16,095 nt of DNA from Octopus sinensis (taxonomy: Eukaryota), in the NCBI RefSeq assembly GCF_006345805.1, contig NW_021825249.1, positions 1-16,095 on the forward strand, written 5' to 3'. The position numbers and the translations under genes were made by a program. Shown one piece after another: positions 1-10,715 of the stretch. Under the pieces are notes generated by a model that saw only the letters and a list, made by a program, of their open reading frames with translations, had not been told where the DNA came from and made no database searches. Each line of letters starts with the position of its first letter. Positions within the stretch are counted from its first letter, which is position 1.

Positions 1-1064
1 AACACGGGCAAAACAAGCAGAATCGTTGATTTTCGTGTTGTTCCATGAAAAACAATGAATCTTGTATCTTTTATGATTTAGTTGTTGTGGTTATTGCACT
101 CCAGCGATGCTGTGCCAACGTCTTCAAAGATTTAGTCAAAAGATTCATTCTAAAATTTGATGTTTATTTTAAATTTGTCCTCAGATGACATGCACTGGCT
201 CGTAAAGAAACCATCGGTTGTCAACAGGTGGTGGGAAGAAACGCACACGCGCCCATGCACGCAGTAAACTCACACACATTTATACAGGGACAACGAGAAT
301 CCGCAAAGTTTCCTTCAAACAAAGTCAATCAGAAGCCATAGGTCATCTCACGACCATAATAGAAAATCTTTAGCTAAGTTGCTACACAGTGGGATGGAAA
401 CTTAAATTCCAGTTTCATGAGTAGAACGCGAATTTTTGAGTCGCATTGCTATGTTATGCAGGAGAACCCTGTACGACAAAAGTCATGACAAGAAAATTTA
501 TTCAAATGTATATCTTACTGGGAAGTGAATAATTTGAAGGAAATTTTTGGTAAATGTTATCAATGATAAATTATTGCACTCGGCGAGTTTAGGGCATCAA
601 TTATAATACATTCCAGATCTAATAAGAAATGTCCTGTCCCATGTGAGTTTTACATTCAGCTTCCCTATTCTCTATAAATCCAGACTTGCAGATTTGTCAC
701 ATAGAATGCTTTCGTGACACGTTTCCAAAAAATATGTGCTCCAAAACTTATCCCCAAAATTGGAGTATGTCAGGTAAATCGAGTATATAACAAAAGACCT
801 TCTTCAAAAGATCTTCAAATCATATGCCATCCACTTGTGCTGGCTTCAATTTTTGTTAATCACTTTCAACATAATATTCGTAGTTAAGAAATTTGCGTGA
901 CAATGACCGGATACTAGTTTATGTGATAAGACCAGTTCATAAGATCGATTCTGAGTGACCAAACATATGAGTTAGACATCACTGTCAATAATAATCTTGT
1001 TTAGGTATAATAAATTTGTTCGTTGCGAAGGGATGCTGAAACGTTTTCCTGGCCTTATATATAT

Positions 1065-1106
<42 letters not shown>

Positions 1107-1113
<7 letters not shown>

Positions 1114-1258
1114 AATTTCCCCAAAAACATAAGCCGAAGATAGGTGTATAAACAACAAACATGTGTATTAGTTTAACGCTCGGGAAGGTGAGAAAGACTT
1201 TTAACGTTTCGAGCCTACGCTCTCAACAGAAAGGAACACGATAAAATAAACCGAGAGA
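1107..1258 (-). mobile_element. Family P short repeat (putative Penelope-like/retrozyme-type non-autonomous unit), solo copy
   Basis: Aligns by eye with both units at 9969-10300 (shared cgaag..aggtg, tgtattagt..cgctc.ggaa, ttacgtttcgag.ctacgctct..acag). Sits between TA runs (1056-1106, 1259-1398). Strand is assigned from the hammerhead-like motif. Confidence 0.6.
1198..1233 (-). ncRNA. Minimal type-I hammerhead-like motif, variant core
   Basis: Minus strand reads CUUU-CUG UU GA-GAGC GUAG GCUC-GAAA-CGU U-AAAAG: 4-bp stem II, GAAA, palindromic ACGU stem III, short stem I. Position 6 is U instead of A. Confidence 0.45.
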
Positions 1259-1347
1259 CATATGTATATATCTATGAATATATATATATGTATATGCATA
1301 TATATATAAATACATATATATATACACATATATATATATATATTAAA

Positions 1348-1390
<43 letters not shown>

Positions 1391-1621
1391 TAATAATATT
1401 AGGGAATATATCCAAATTTACAGGGAAAAAAATCAGATTTAGGATTAAATCCAATTTTATAGTAAAATATTATAAATATACACATGTAAGTTCATAGACA
1501 TTATAAAGATTGTCGATCAAGACAGAAACGATTGTAGTGGCGGTTTTTTTGACTATTTATTAAATTTTATGTATTGATTAAGTCTTTCCTTGTTGTTTTG
1601 CAAAATAGTGGTTTTGTCTCA

Positions 1622-1629
1622 AATATATT

Positions 1630-1667
<38 letters not shown>

Positions 1668-1679
1668 ATGTACGTATGC

Positions 1680-1713
<34 letters not shown>

Positions 1714-1715
1714 GT
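1622..1715. repeat. (TA)n microsatellite, interrupted
   Basis: Seen directly. Confidence 0.95.
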
Positions 1716-1983
1716 ATATACATGAGTGTTTGTTTGTGTGTATCTATGTCTATGAACTTACATGTGTATAGTAGATATGATAAACTAGTGCAAGTAATAC
1801 TTTCTGGAAGATGGTGCCCGGTTGTCCTGTATTTTACTATAATAAATAGTTTTCAATATCTTGCTTCCTGTGTCGCATACCCATTTCCTGTACTATCCCG
1901 CCTTCTTCAATGTTAATTCGACAGTCATTACACTCAAGCAGAGTATGCAACTTTTACGAATGTCCAAGGAATAGATCTTAAGT

Positions 1984-2211
1984 CGGCGAGCTGGCAGAGT
2001 CGTTAGCACGCCGGGCGAAATGCGTAGCCGTATTTCGTCTGCCGTTACGTTGTGAGTTCAAATTCAGCCGAGTTCGACTTTGCCTTTCATCTTTTCGGGG
2101 TTGATAAATTAAGTACCAGTTACGCACTGGGGTCGATGTAATCGACTTAATCCGTTTGTCCGTCCTTGCTTTTCCTCTCTGTGTTTAGCCCCTTGTGGGT
2201 AGAAAAGAAAT
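1984..2211 (+). mobile_element. tRNA-derived SINE, family A, monomer
   Basis: A-box-like GAGCTGGCAGAGTCG and B-box GAGTTCAAAT. Collinear with 14154-14384. Possible 8-bp target duplication cttaagtc (1977-1984, 2222-2229). Confidence 0.9.
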
Positions 2212-2894
2212 GGCTATGGAACTTAAGTCTGCCTACTTACTTGAATATTCTAGAATAAAACAAACCACAAAATACGGGGTAAAAAGTTTAATTAACGGGT
2301 AATGTTTTTAATAAAATCGATATTAAATATTTACGTAAGTATGATATGTAATATCCTATTTATTAAATCTCTGTGCATTAATTTGTAATTTACACATGCT
2401 CTTAATGTTTGATTCTCATAAAAAGCTTCAATCATAACGGCGCAGTAGCCTTTAACTCCAAAGCTTATTGACATAAACGATATTAAATATTACATTTGTA
2501 TGATGTGTAATATCGTTTATATTAAAATACACGTTAGTTAATTTATATCTTGTTCCTATTATTAGGGTTAGTGTGCAACATAAATATTCGAAAAACCTAC
2601 GCAGTATCTGTTGAATAACATCTCATAGGTGAGTTGTTCGAGTTAAAAGAAAAAGAGAACTTCATTCATAATATAAAATATATTGTAAGGATGGCATTGA
2701 CATGTGGCTTTATCATGGAATTATGCTATGAGTAAGACGAAAGCTTGCTAAGTAATAACAGGCATAAGTTTAGAGTCACATCTATGCGCTGTTATAGATT
2801 GCAATCTGAGGCTAGTAAATATCTTAGTATAATAATTCGTATATTTTTATACATTATCTCCCCAAAATATGCGCATAGAGGAGTACATGAATGT

Positions 2895-2901
2895 ATGTAT
2901 C

Positions 2902-2951
<50 letters not shown>

Positions 2952-3027
2952 AAATATATATATTATATATATGTATATACACCACACACACACACACACA
3001 CACACACAATACACACACACATATAAA

Positions 3028-3069
<42 letters not shown>

Positions 3070-3090
3070 CTACATATATTTGTATGTGTA
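2895..3090. repeat. Compound (TA)n/(CA)n microsatellite
   Basis: Seen directly. Confidence 0.95.
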
Positions 3091-3247
3091 TGAACTTTTA
3101 ATGTGGTTTTAGCGTCAAGTTTTGGGGCTATTTCCAGCGTGGTAGTATCTCTTAGATACCCTAAATTATAATTTTAATAATTATAAATGTGAAGGTTTTT
3201 TAATGCACTCTGATAAGATCGGCATAAAAATAACGACTTTATCCTTA

Positions 3248-3378
3248 TTATATAAATTGATATATATATATATATATATATATAGATATATATATATATA
3301 TATGCACATATGTATATAATATATATATATATATATACATACATACATCATACATATTATATATGCATATACATGTTA

Positions 3379-3417
<39 letters not shown>

Positions 3418-3482
3418 AAACGTGGGCACCCATGTATATCCAGGCACACACACGTATGTGTATATATATACATATACATATA
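3248..3482. repeat. Interrupted (TA)n microsatellite
   Basis: Seen directly. Confidence 0.95.
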
Positions 3483-3551
3483 AATGCCAATTTTTCCGGA
3501 TCTCTCAACGGAATGCCTCCGACATTCCTTTTCTAAATTCACATCCGACAG

Positions 3552-3875
3552 GTTACTGCTTTACGCTCATCTATAGAGAGAAGAACGTCAATCTCCATCT
3601 TTTTATCAGCTCTCGGAGGCTCCACCACACACTCCATCCGCTTAGTTCATAACAACCTAATCAGCCTCACTTTAAGGCATTCCTACTTCGTTGTGAAGCA
3701 ACAGAGCTGTAATCACATATTTCAAATTGACAACGTTTTATTAACCTGCCGTTTTGATTTGAGCGAATTCAATGTTTATATACCAGAAGAGGTGTCAGGT
3801 TTCCGTGTTATCGCACATAATTCTCGATGTGTTGTTGCAGAACATATCGGCTTCGATAAGCCAACAACGAATCTT
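3552..3875 (+). CDS. Candidate internal coding exon (108 aa), product unknown
   Basis: Pyrimidine-rich CAG acceptor ending at 3551 and GTAAGT donor at 3876. The exon is 324 nt, phase 0-0, inside a stop-free frame running 3537 to about 4097. No homology recognised. Confidence 0.2.
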
Positions 3876-3983
3876 GTAAGTGGTCTTTCGATTCGCTACA
3901 AACAACACTCAATTTCTGTGGAATTATTATATCTTACTGACTTAAGGACAATTTCAATAATGTTTTTAGCCTATATGTTCAGA

Positions 3984-4043
3984 ACACACACACACATACA
4001 CACATACACACATTCAGAGAGAGAGAGAGAGAGACAGAGAGAC

Positions 4044-4074
<31 letters not shown>

Positions 4075-4078
4075 GGAG
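3984..4078. repeat. Compound (CA)n/(GA)n microsatellite
   Basis: Seen directly. Confidence 0.95.
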
Positions 4079-4639
4079 GGGGGAGGAGAAAACGTAGCGA
4101 CTTCCTCGCGACAACAGTAGTAATCTTAAGATCTTTCGCTTTAGGGATATATGGGTGATAAACCACAATGAAAAAAAACCCGCTTCAGAAATATAGCATT
4201 CGACTTGGTAATCTTTAGGGATTCCAAGCCAATGCTTTGCTTTAACTTCGTGTTAAATGTTCATATTTCTTGAATTACGATTTATGTCAACGCGTTATAT
4301 TATTTTCCGTATTTCTCACACCGGAAGAAACTATTCCAGTTACCCTTTTCAAATTCAGTTTGCCAAAATGCTTTTTTCTATTATCTTATAGTATCCTTTT
4401 TTAAATGCTTGACACTTGCGTTTTCTTCACGCTGAAGCAAAGTATATCCTTCGTGTTACGCCTTAAAAAGTTTCAAACAGTCATGGCATTAACGGAGAAA
4501 ACTATTCCAAATTAGAATGGCTTGAGGTTTGTTCTCACTACGCAATACCCTCACCAAATACTCGCTACGTGACAATCATTAACATGGAAGTGAACGTTTG
4601 TTAGACGGAGCTTGGTAAGATACTCGTTACGCATGTATC

Positions 4640-4795
4640 TATACATGTATGCACGTATGTATATATACACACTTATATTTATGTAAGCATGTGTATATGC
4701 ATTTATACGGTGATATATACATACACACACACACATATATATATACACATGTATGTATGTATATATACATATATGTGTATATATACCTATATCTA

Positions 4796-4862
<67 letters not shown>

Positions 4863-4938
4863 ATATCTATCTATCTATCTATCTATATATATATATATGT
4901 ACATATATACATACACATATACATATGTAAATATATAT
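4640..4938. repeat. Compound TA/CA repeat containing (ATCT)n at about 4791-4884
   Basis: Seen directly. Confidence 0.95.
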
Positions 4939-5197
4939 TTCGGTGTTTGTACACCTCCGCCACCTAACAATAGTCGTTGTGTTGTTTACACCTCCTAAAG
5001 TTTGGGGATGGACAAAAGACATCCATATTATAAGTGCCCTATCTTCAACATTATCATCATCTTTTACCAATGCTAATGTGGCACCAAACCATGGCCTGAA
5101 GAATTCCAATAAACGGAACATAACAACATATAAGATAGCAGATGAAGAATTTTAAAACATTTAAGACCTATTTCCTTAGTAACCGGTTACCTGTTAA

Positions 5198-5634
5198 CTT
5201 TTATCTCTTAACTGTTTCAGTCACTAGACAGTGGCCATGCTGGAGCACAGCCTTGAAGAATTTTTAGTCGAACAAATCGACCCCAGTACATTTTGTAAAC
5301 GAAGTACTTATCCTATCTTTGTCTTTTGCCGAACCTCTAGGGTAAGGAGCTGTAAACACACCAGCACCGGTTGCTAGAGAAAGTGACATATAGACACATA
5401 CACTCACTTTCTCTCCTTCTCTTTCTCTTTCATACACACACAGACACACACACACATGTATATGTGTACAACGGGTTTCTTTCAGTTTCCTTCTACCAAA
5501 TCCAGCGGCAAGACTTTGGTAGACTCGAGGCTATAGTAAAAGACACTTACCCAAAGTACCATCCAGTGGACTCTGAACACGGAACCATGTGATTGCAAAG
5601 CAAACCTCTTACCACGAAGCCACGCCGGATATAG
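5198..5634 (-). mobile_element. tRNA-derived SINE, family B, near full length, with internal microsatellite
   Basis: Reverse complement matches 12107-12500 and 15251-15408: head GTGGC..GTGGTAAG, core ..ggtaagtgtct..tatagcctcg..ggaaactgaaagaa, tail gctccagcatggcc..tgactgaaacag. Confidence 0.9.
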
Positions 5635-5719
5635 GTTATACAAACTTTGAAAGGCTGTTAGAGGTGGTAGGTTTACTATACAAGAGGGATAATACTGCGG
5701 CAATGCAAATATAAGGCAT

Positions 5720-5815
5720 TGTGGAATAAAGTGTTCAACTTCGGCGTAAATTGTAAGAACAGCAGTGGAATTGAACTCGTGATACGGCTATCATTTGGCA
5801 ATAACCATATCAACC
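5720..5815 (-). mobile_element. Highly decayed family C SINE fragment
   Basis: gaataaagtgt...ggaattgaactc...taacca weakly resembles the 6895-7000 and 13835-14021 copies. Confidence 0.35.
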
Positions 5816-6464
5816 GTTTCATCTCTTGGAACATATTATGGCTTAAGACGCTAGCAATATTTAATTATTCATGTCATATTTAAGTATTCATGTTCATTCT
5901 TTAACTTTTTCTTTATTAGTAATTTCGATCATTGATTATTTTCAACTATATTTTTTTTTCTATTGTCATTATTGCACAAAGACATTCTGTATTCTCTGGG
6001 TAGTTTAACGATTTTGACCTTTATAAAAAAAATATTAAATTAAATTACATTATGAATATTCAACAAATTATCTATAAAAAAGATTTCAATATTTTAACTG
6101 TAGTTACATAAATTGCATGATTTCCATTCTTATTTAACAGGAAAAAAATATTTCGTGAAGAATTCTAGCTTTGTGTAAATGGCAGTAAAGATGGTAGAAC
6201 GATTAGAGAAGTGGTGTTGGAATGCGACGAGATGTTCTTTTTGCTGTTTTCTATGGCAAAGAAGAGGAAGTGCTTCAGTTTGAAATTATCAAGAGGCATA
6301 GCTGATTACTGGAGCACTTCTATGGGTTCCTAACTTTAGGTTATTTAATATAAAAGTATATTGATCACTTTAAAAATATTATTGAATTAATGGTGAAGGA
6401 GTAGTGTTATCTCTCAAACGTAAATAATGTGCTAGTCTTTTAGAAATGGTAAATACCTCCACTT

Positions 6465-6575
6465 CAGTTGATATATCCTTGCAATTACAATCGCATGATA
6501 GTGGTTTCAATTCCCAGTTCAAACATTTCGTTGTATTTTGAGCAAAGCATTCCGCATTGTTCCAACCCACTCAAC
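6465..6575 (+). mobile_element. tRNA-derived SINE, family C, 5' part
   Basis: B-box-like GGTTTCAATTCCC followed by ttgtattttgagcaaagcatt. About 39/55 identical (manual count) to the reverse complement of the core of 6895-7000. Confidence 0.7.
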
Positions 6576-6894
6576 ACTAACTATGTAGGTCTGTGGTCTG
6601 TGACGGTCTCGCGTCCCGTTTAGAGGTGGTCTCGTTTAGGGGTATTCGCTTATACGCCACGGCCCTATTGTAGGTCCTAAGACTTGAAACAGAAATGTGT
6701 ATGGTTAACAATGAAAAAAAATAGATGGAATGACCATGGCTGGAATGTCAACAACCATATATATTTTGTTATTAGAAATAAAACAACAAAATTGCATATA
6801 TGACTAAGATATATCTTCTCCCCAATAAATGTCGATGAGAAGGGAGATGGAGGGTCAAAAATGTACAAGCAGAGGTGTAAGCAATAAGAGCTTC

Positions 6895-7000
6895 AATGGC
6901 GCAGTGAAATGAAATGTCTTGATCAAGAATACACCACACTACTCGAACCTGGAATCAAAACCACGATTTTGGGATGTCAGTGCTTTGGGCTGCGCAACTG
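6895..7000 (-). mobile_element. tRNA-derived SINE, family C, 5' part
   Basis: gaaatgaaatgtcttgatcaagaa..ggaatcaaaaccacgat matches 13898-13980 and the reverse complement of 6465-6575. Confidence 0.7.
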
Positions 7001-7120
7001 GAAAGCATTTACGTTGATAGATGTATACACCGATTTATATGTGTATATATGTGTGTGTATATCCTTGTATATATATGCATTCATCCACATACACACACAC
7101 GCATAAGCACACGCACACAT

Positions 7121-7156
<36 letters not shown>

Positions 7157-7158
7157 CC

Positions 7159-7558
7159 ATTCATTCATTCATTCGGTTCTCACTGTGCTTTGTATCACTT
7201 GATGCAATAGTAAGCTGCGTCTACCTTCTAACACTGAAATCGTCCTTCATTGCTTGTTTTATTGTTAACCATCTGCTTTTAAGGTCGCTTGTTATTGTCT
7301 TTTGTCATATTTCATTTGGTCAGCCTCGTCTTTTTTTTTTTCACTTTGTGGCACCCATGGCAAAGCGATCCTGAATATTGAGCTTGGTTTATAGCGACAA
7401 CCTCGACACAGTCATTTCCATCTCCTTGCTTCAATGCTTTCTCTTATTGGTTCCATCTTAGCCTGGTGGTGTCATTGGTTATTCGAGATCATATTCGGCC
7501 AATACGCCTTCAAATATTTTCATAAACATTCATTTTGAAACACCCCCAATTTTTTAGT
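7159..7558 (-). mobile_element. 3' end of an RTE-clade non-LTR retrotransposon (decayed ORF2 C-terminus plus (GAAT)n tail)
   Basis: Minus-strand translation with stops and a frameshift: LKKLGVFQNECL*KYLKAYWPNMISNK / KMEPIRESIEARRWK*L..KPSSIFRIALPWVPQSEKKK. This matches the post-RT RTE pattern KL..F.N.CLR.IL...WP..ISN..L....EPI...I..RRW.W.GH..RKP..I.R.AL.W.PQG.RK. Ends in a short tandem tail, (ATTC)4 at 7159-7174. Confidence 0.8.
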
Positions 7559-7559
7559 C

Positions 7560-7630
7560 CCACGCCCAGATCCGGATTAAAATGGAGGAGGTTGGGCATA
7601 GGGCTAGCACTACCCATCCCCTAAAAACGT
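7560..7630 (+). mobile_element. Possible RTE-type 5'-region fragment
   Basis: cccagatcc..ggaggaggttgggcatagggctagcactacccatccctaaaaac resembles the ggttgggc..gggctagcaac..catccc.taaaaa motif recalled from RTE 5' regions. Recalled similarity only. Confidence 0.4.
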
Positions 7631-7654
7631 ATCCCACGCTACAGAAATAACACA

Positions 7655-8044
<390 letters not shown>

Positions 8045-8603
8045 CACTGATAGTTGTCAAGCTGTCAGGTTTCTTCAATGCTGGTAATAAATTCTGAAAA
8101 AAATTCCGGACCTGTTTTCCGCTAGAGACAAGGAAAGAATAACGTGTACATTGATAAACTGTAATCAAATTTTCCGTTTCTCCGAACATGTCTCCCATTG
8201 TCTAACAATAACTGTTTTCCTGCTTTCTTACCTTTCAGCGAACATCATTTAGAAACTATTTTAATATAGCGTCTACAGTTTATTGTACCTTTTTACTTTT
8301 AACTTTTGTCTTCCATTTTTTTTTTTAAATACGATTTTAGTTTTGTATCTGCGCTAATTTCTCTCGCGTTTTAAATGAAACATTGTTGCAATTCTCCTCA
8401 CATGAGAACGGTTTCTACGGTTGATATATGGACAGGTAGAGAAAATAAACAAGCTAAGAATGGCACGTCTTGCCTAATTTCATTAAAGTGTTTGGAAAAA
8501 TCTTGTTAACAAGTTAATTTTCATTGAATTTTAAACAAATTTTCTTTGATTTTAATTAGGAAACAATTTTGCCTATCTCTGTCACTGGTTATTGATGTTC
8601 TCA

Positions 8604-9195
8604 TATGTGTGTGTGTGTGTGACAGCACTTGTACATTGTTTCCTTGTCTCTCTCTCTCTCTCTTTGATACATGGATGCCAAAATAGACGAGTGTTCGAGC
8701 ACATATATCGACACGCCAACTCTCTCGTGCGCAACTCACTAGAACACCACATACATTTGTGAATAAAAAACATACACTTATATACATATACACACATACA
8801 TGCATATATTTGTGTGTGTCTATACGCACACATACACACACACACACCCACACACAAATATACTTATCAAGAGGATTACTAAATTAGTACTAAGTACCAT
8901 GTAAGTCCACGTAACGTACGGCACACACCTGTAGCCTCATAATTAAAGGTACACAAAAATCACAAACATAAACGAATAAATACACAGGCGCATGCATGTG
9001 TCGGCACTTAAGACTATATATGTAAGTATGTATATATATATATACGTATGTATGTATATATATACATATATATGTATGCATGTATGTAAGTATATATATA
9101 TATATTTATATATATATGTATGTATATATATATATATATGTATATATGTACATATATATATATATGTATATATGTATGTATATATAGAGCGAGAG
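8604..9195. repeat. Cluster of (TG)n, (TC)n, (CA)n and (TA/TATG)n microsatellites
   Basis: Seen directly, interspersed with short unique stretches. Confidence 0.85.
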
Positions 9196-9879
9196 ATAGA
9201 AAGTTGCGGGTGGTTTGAAATATGTACAAGCACAAAATTATGTGCATATCTCTACACAAATTGTGCGTACGTGTGAGGAGATCGAAGCTCTCGCTTCAGA
9301 TGGAATTGTAATAATTGTAATAATTAAATATCTAATGAGCGGAAACAGTTAAACAGGAAATAGAAAATGCAATAATAATCGTATGGAAAATATATCAGCA
9401 AAAATACCACCAGAACCCACCACCACCACCACCACCAAGAAAAGCAACAATAATAACATTATATATAATGATAACTGCGAAGCTAAGATATAAATCAAAT
9501 ATAACTTTAGACGCACAAAAGTTTAATATTAAGAAAAAGTACTTTAACGGGAGCCAATATTTATAGATTTATTAGCAAGAAGAAAATGCTATGCGAAACG
9601 CAATACAGAAACGGAACAATTGGAAACAGAATCACATGACCGACAAACAGAAACGCTGGAATATCTAATTCTATTTTCACTAATTTTAACGCAACATTTA
9701 AATTTAAATTCGCTATTCTTTGAGGCAAAACTGTGTAGTAAATTCACAATTTATATGGCGAAATATAAATGTTAAACATAATCGTAAAGTGCACGACAAC
9801 ATGGTCGTGTGCAGATGCATATTCACTTATTTGCATAGGTGTATGCAAGCATATGCATGCACACACATGCGCATGTACA

Positions 9880-9920
9880 TGCATACATATATGTATAATA
9901 CATACATACATATATATATA

Positions 9921-9964
<44 letters not shown>

Positions 9965-9966
9965 TA
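9880..9966. repeat. (TA)n tract upstream of the family P dimer
   Basis: Seen directly. Confidence 0.95.
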
Positions 9967-10063
9967 ACGGGAAGGTTTACGAAAATAAACAAAACACGAA
10001 GGCAGGTGGAGTACAAACAAAAAAATGTATTAGTATGGCGCTCAGGAATAGAACTAGAACAAG

Positions 10064-10101
10064 TCTTTTACGTTTCGAGTCTACGCTCTTCGACAGTAAG
10101 A
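10064..10101 (-). ncRNA. Minimal hammerhead-like motif, variant core
   Basis: Minus strand: UCUUA-CUG UC GA A-GAG CGUAGA CUC-GAAA-CGU A-AAAGA. Confidence 0.4.
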
Positions 10102-10227
10102 TACACAGAAAAGAAACAAGGAGAGAAATATACATAGGGAGAGTTTACGAAAAGAACAAAAGACGAAGACAGGTGATGTACAAAACAAAGAGATATATTA
10201 GTACAACGCTCAGGAATAGAAAAAGGA

Positions 10228-10262
10228 TTTTACGTTTCGAGCCTACGCTCTTCTACAGAAAG
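10228..10262 (-). ncRNA. Minimal hammerhead-like motif, variant core
   Basis: Minus strand: CUUU-CUG UA GA A-GAGC GUAG GCUC-GAAA-CGU A-AAA. Confidence 0.45.
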
Positions 10263-10308
10263 GGACACAGAAAAAAACAAGGAAAAGAAAAATGTGTGTA
10301 GTGGCTAA

Positions 10309-10392
10309 CGATTTGAATCCAGAACGGAAAGGGGTGTAACAAATACTGCATAGCATTTTACAAGATGCTCTACCGATTCTGTACACCTAGCC
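10309..10392 (-). mobile_element. Decayed family A-like SINE head
   Basis: atttgaatccagaacg..aaatactgc..agcattt..gctctaccgattctg matches the reverse complement of the family A head (compare 11655-11718). Confidence 0.6.
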
Positions 10393-10519
10393 CTGTAAAT
10401 TTAGCAACAGCAACACCAACCTATCAACCTATTCAATATTGGAAACAAATAATTTGCTGTCGATTGTAGGAAGTTTCAACCCCCGCCGTCACCATAATCA
10501 TAATTGATTTACATTTGTA

Positions 10520-10715
10520 TGTGTGATTAAGTATGTATGCAACTAAGTATGCATGTATGTGTGTATGAAAAAAAAATATGTATATAATATAATATATATA
10601 TATATATAATATATATATTATATATATATATATATAATATATATATCTGTGTATGGTGAGTGTTAGTGTATTTATGCATTTCTATGAGTGTGTTTGTATG
10701 TGCTTGTGTGTTTGT
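10520..10715. repeat. Compound TA/TG microsatellite
   Basis: Seen directly. Confidence 0.9.

Larger units (their letters stand above)
1056..1398. repeat. (TA)n tracts flanking the family P copy
   Basis: Seen directly at 1056-1106 and 1259-1398. Confidence 0.95.
9969..10300 (-). mobile_element. Family P head-to-tail dimer (units about 9969-10136 and 10137-10300)
   Basis: Units start gggaaggtttacgaaaa and gggagagtttacgaaaa (168 bp apart). The motif acgtttcgag recurs at 10070 and 10232 (162 bp apart). Follows a (TA)n run. Confidence 0.8.

Noticed and set aside
1021-1050. Plus-strand ttgcgaag..ctgaaacgtt as another hammerhead
   Set aside because: No CUG core, only a 2-bp stem II and no stem I complementarity.
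1984-2070. SINE heads as tRNA genes
   Set aside because: A/B boxes are present but there is no cloverleaf or T-run terminator, and the heads continue into SINE bodies.
3615-3645. THSIR as a tyrosine-recombinase HxxR motif
   Set aside because: No downstream H/W and catalytic Y at the expected spacing.
4879-5155. Overlapping ORFs on both strands, with a possible minus-strand exon PWFGATLALVKDDDNVEDRALIIWMSFVHPQTLG
   Set aside because: Weak donor, no recognisable homology, no partner exons.
5179-5190. 12-bp palindrome gtaaccggttac, and short direct repeats at 4322/4493 and 4943/4979
   Set aside because: Too short to distinguish from chance.
6169-6333. Open frame LCVNGSKDGRTIREVVLECDEMFFLLFSMAKKRKC...
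   Set aside because: Short, no homology recognised, no donor site in frame.
6379-6570. Cys-rich, protein-looking ORF GWNNAECFAQNTTKCLNWELKPLSCDCNC
   Set aside because: Mostly the antisense reading of the family C SINE at 6465-6575.
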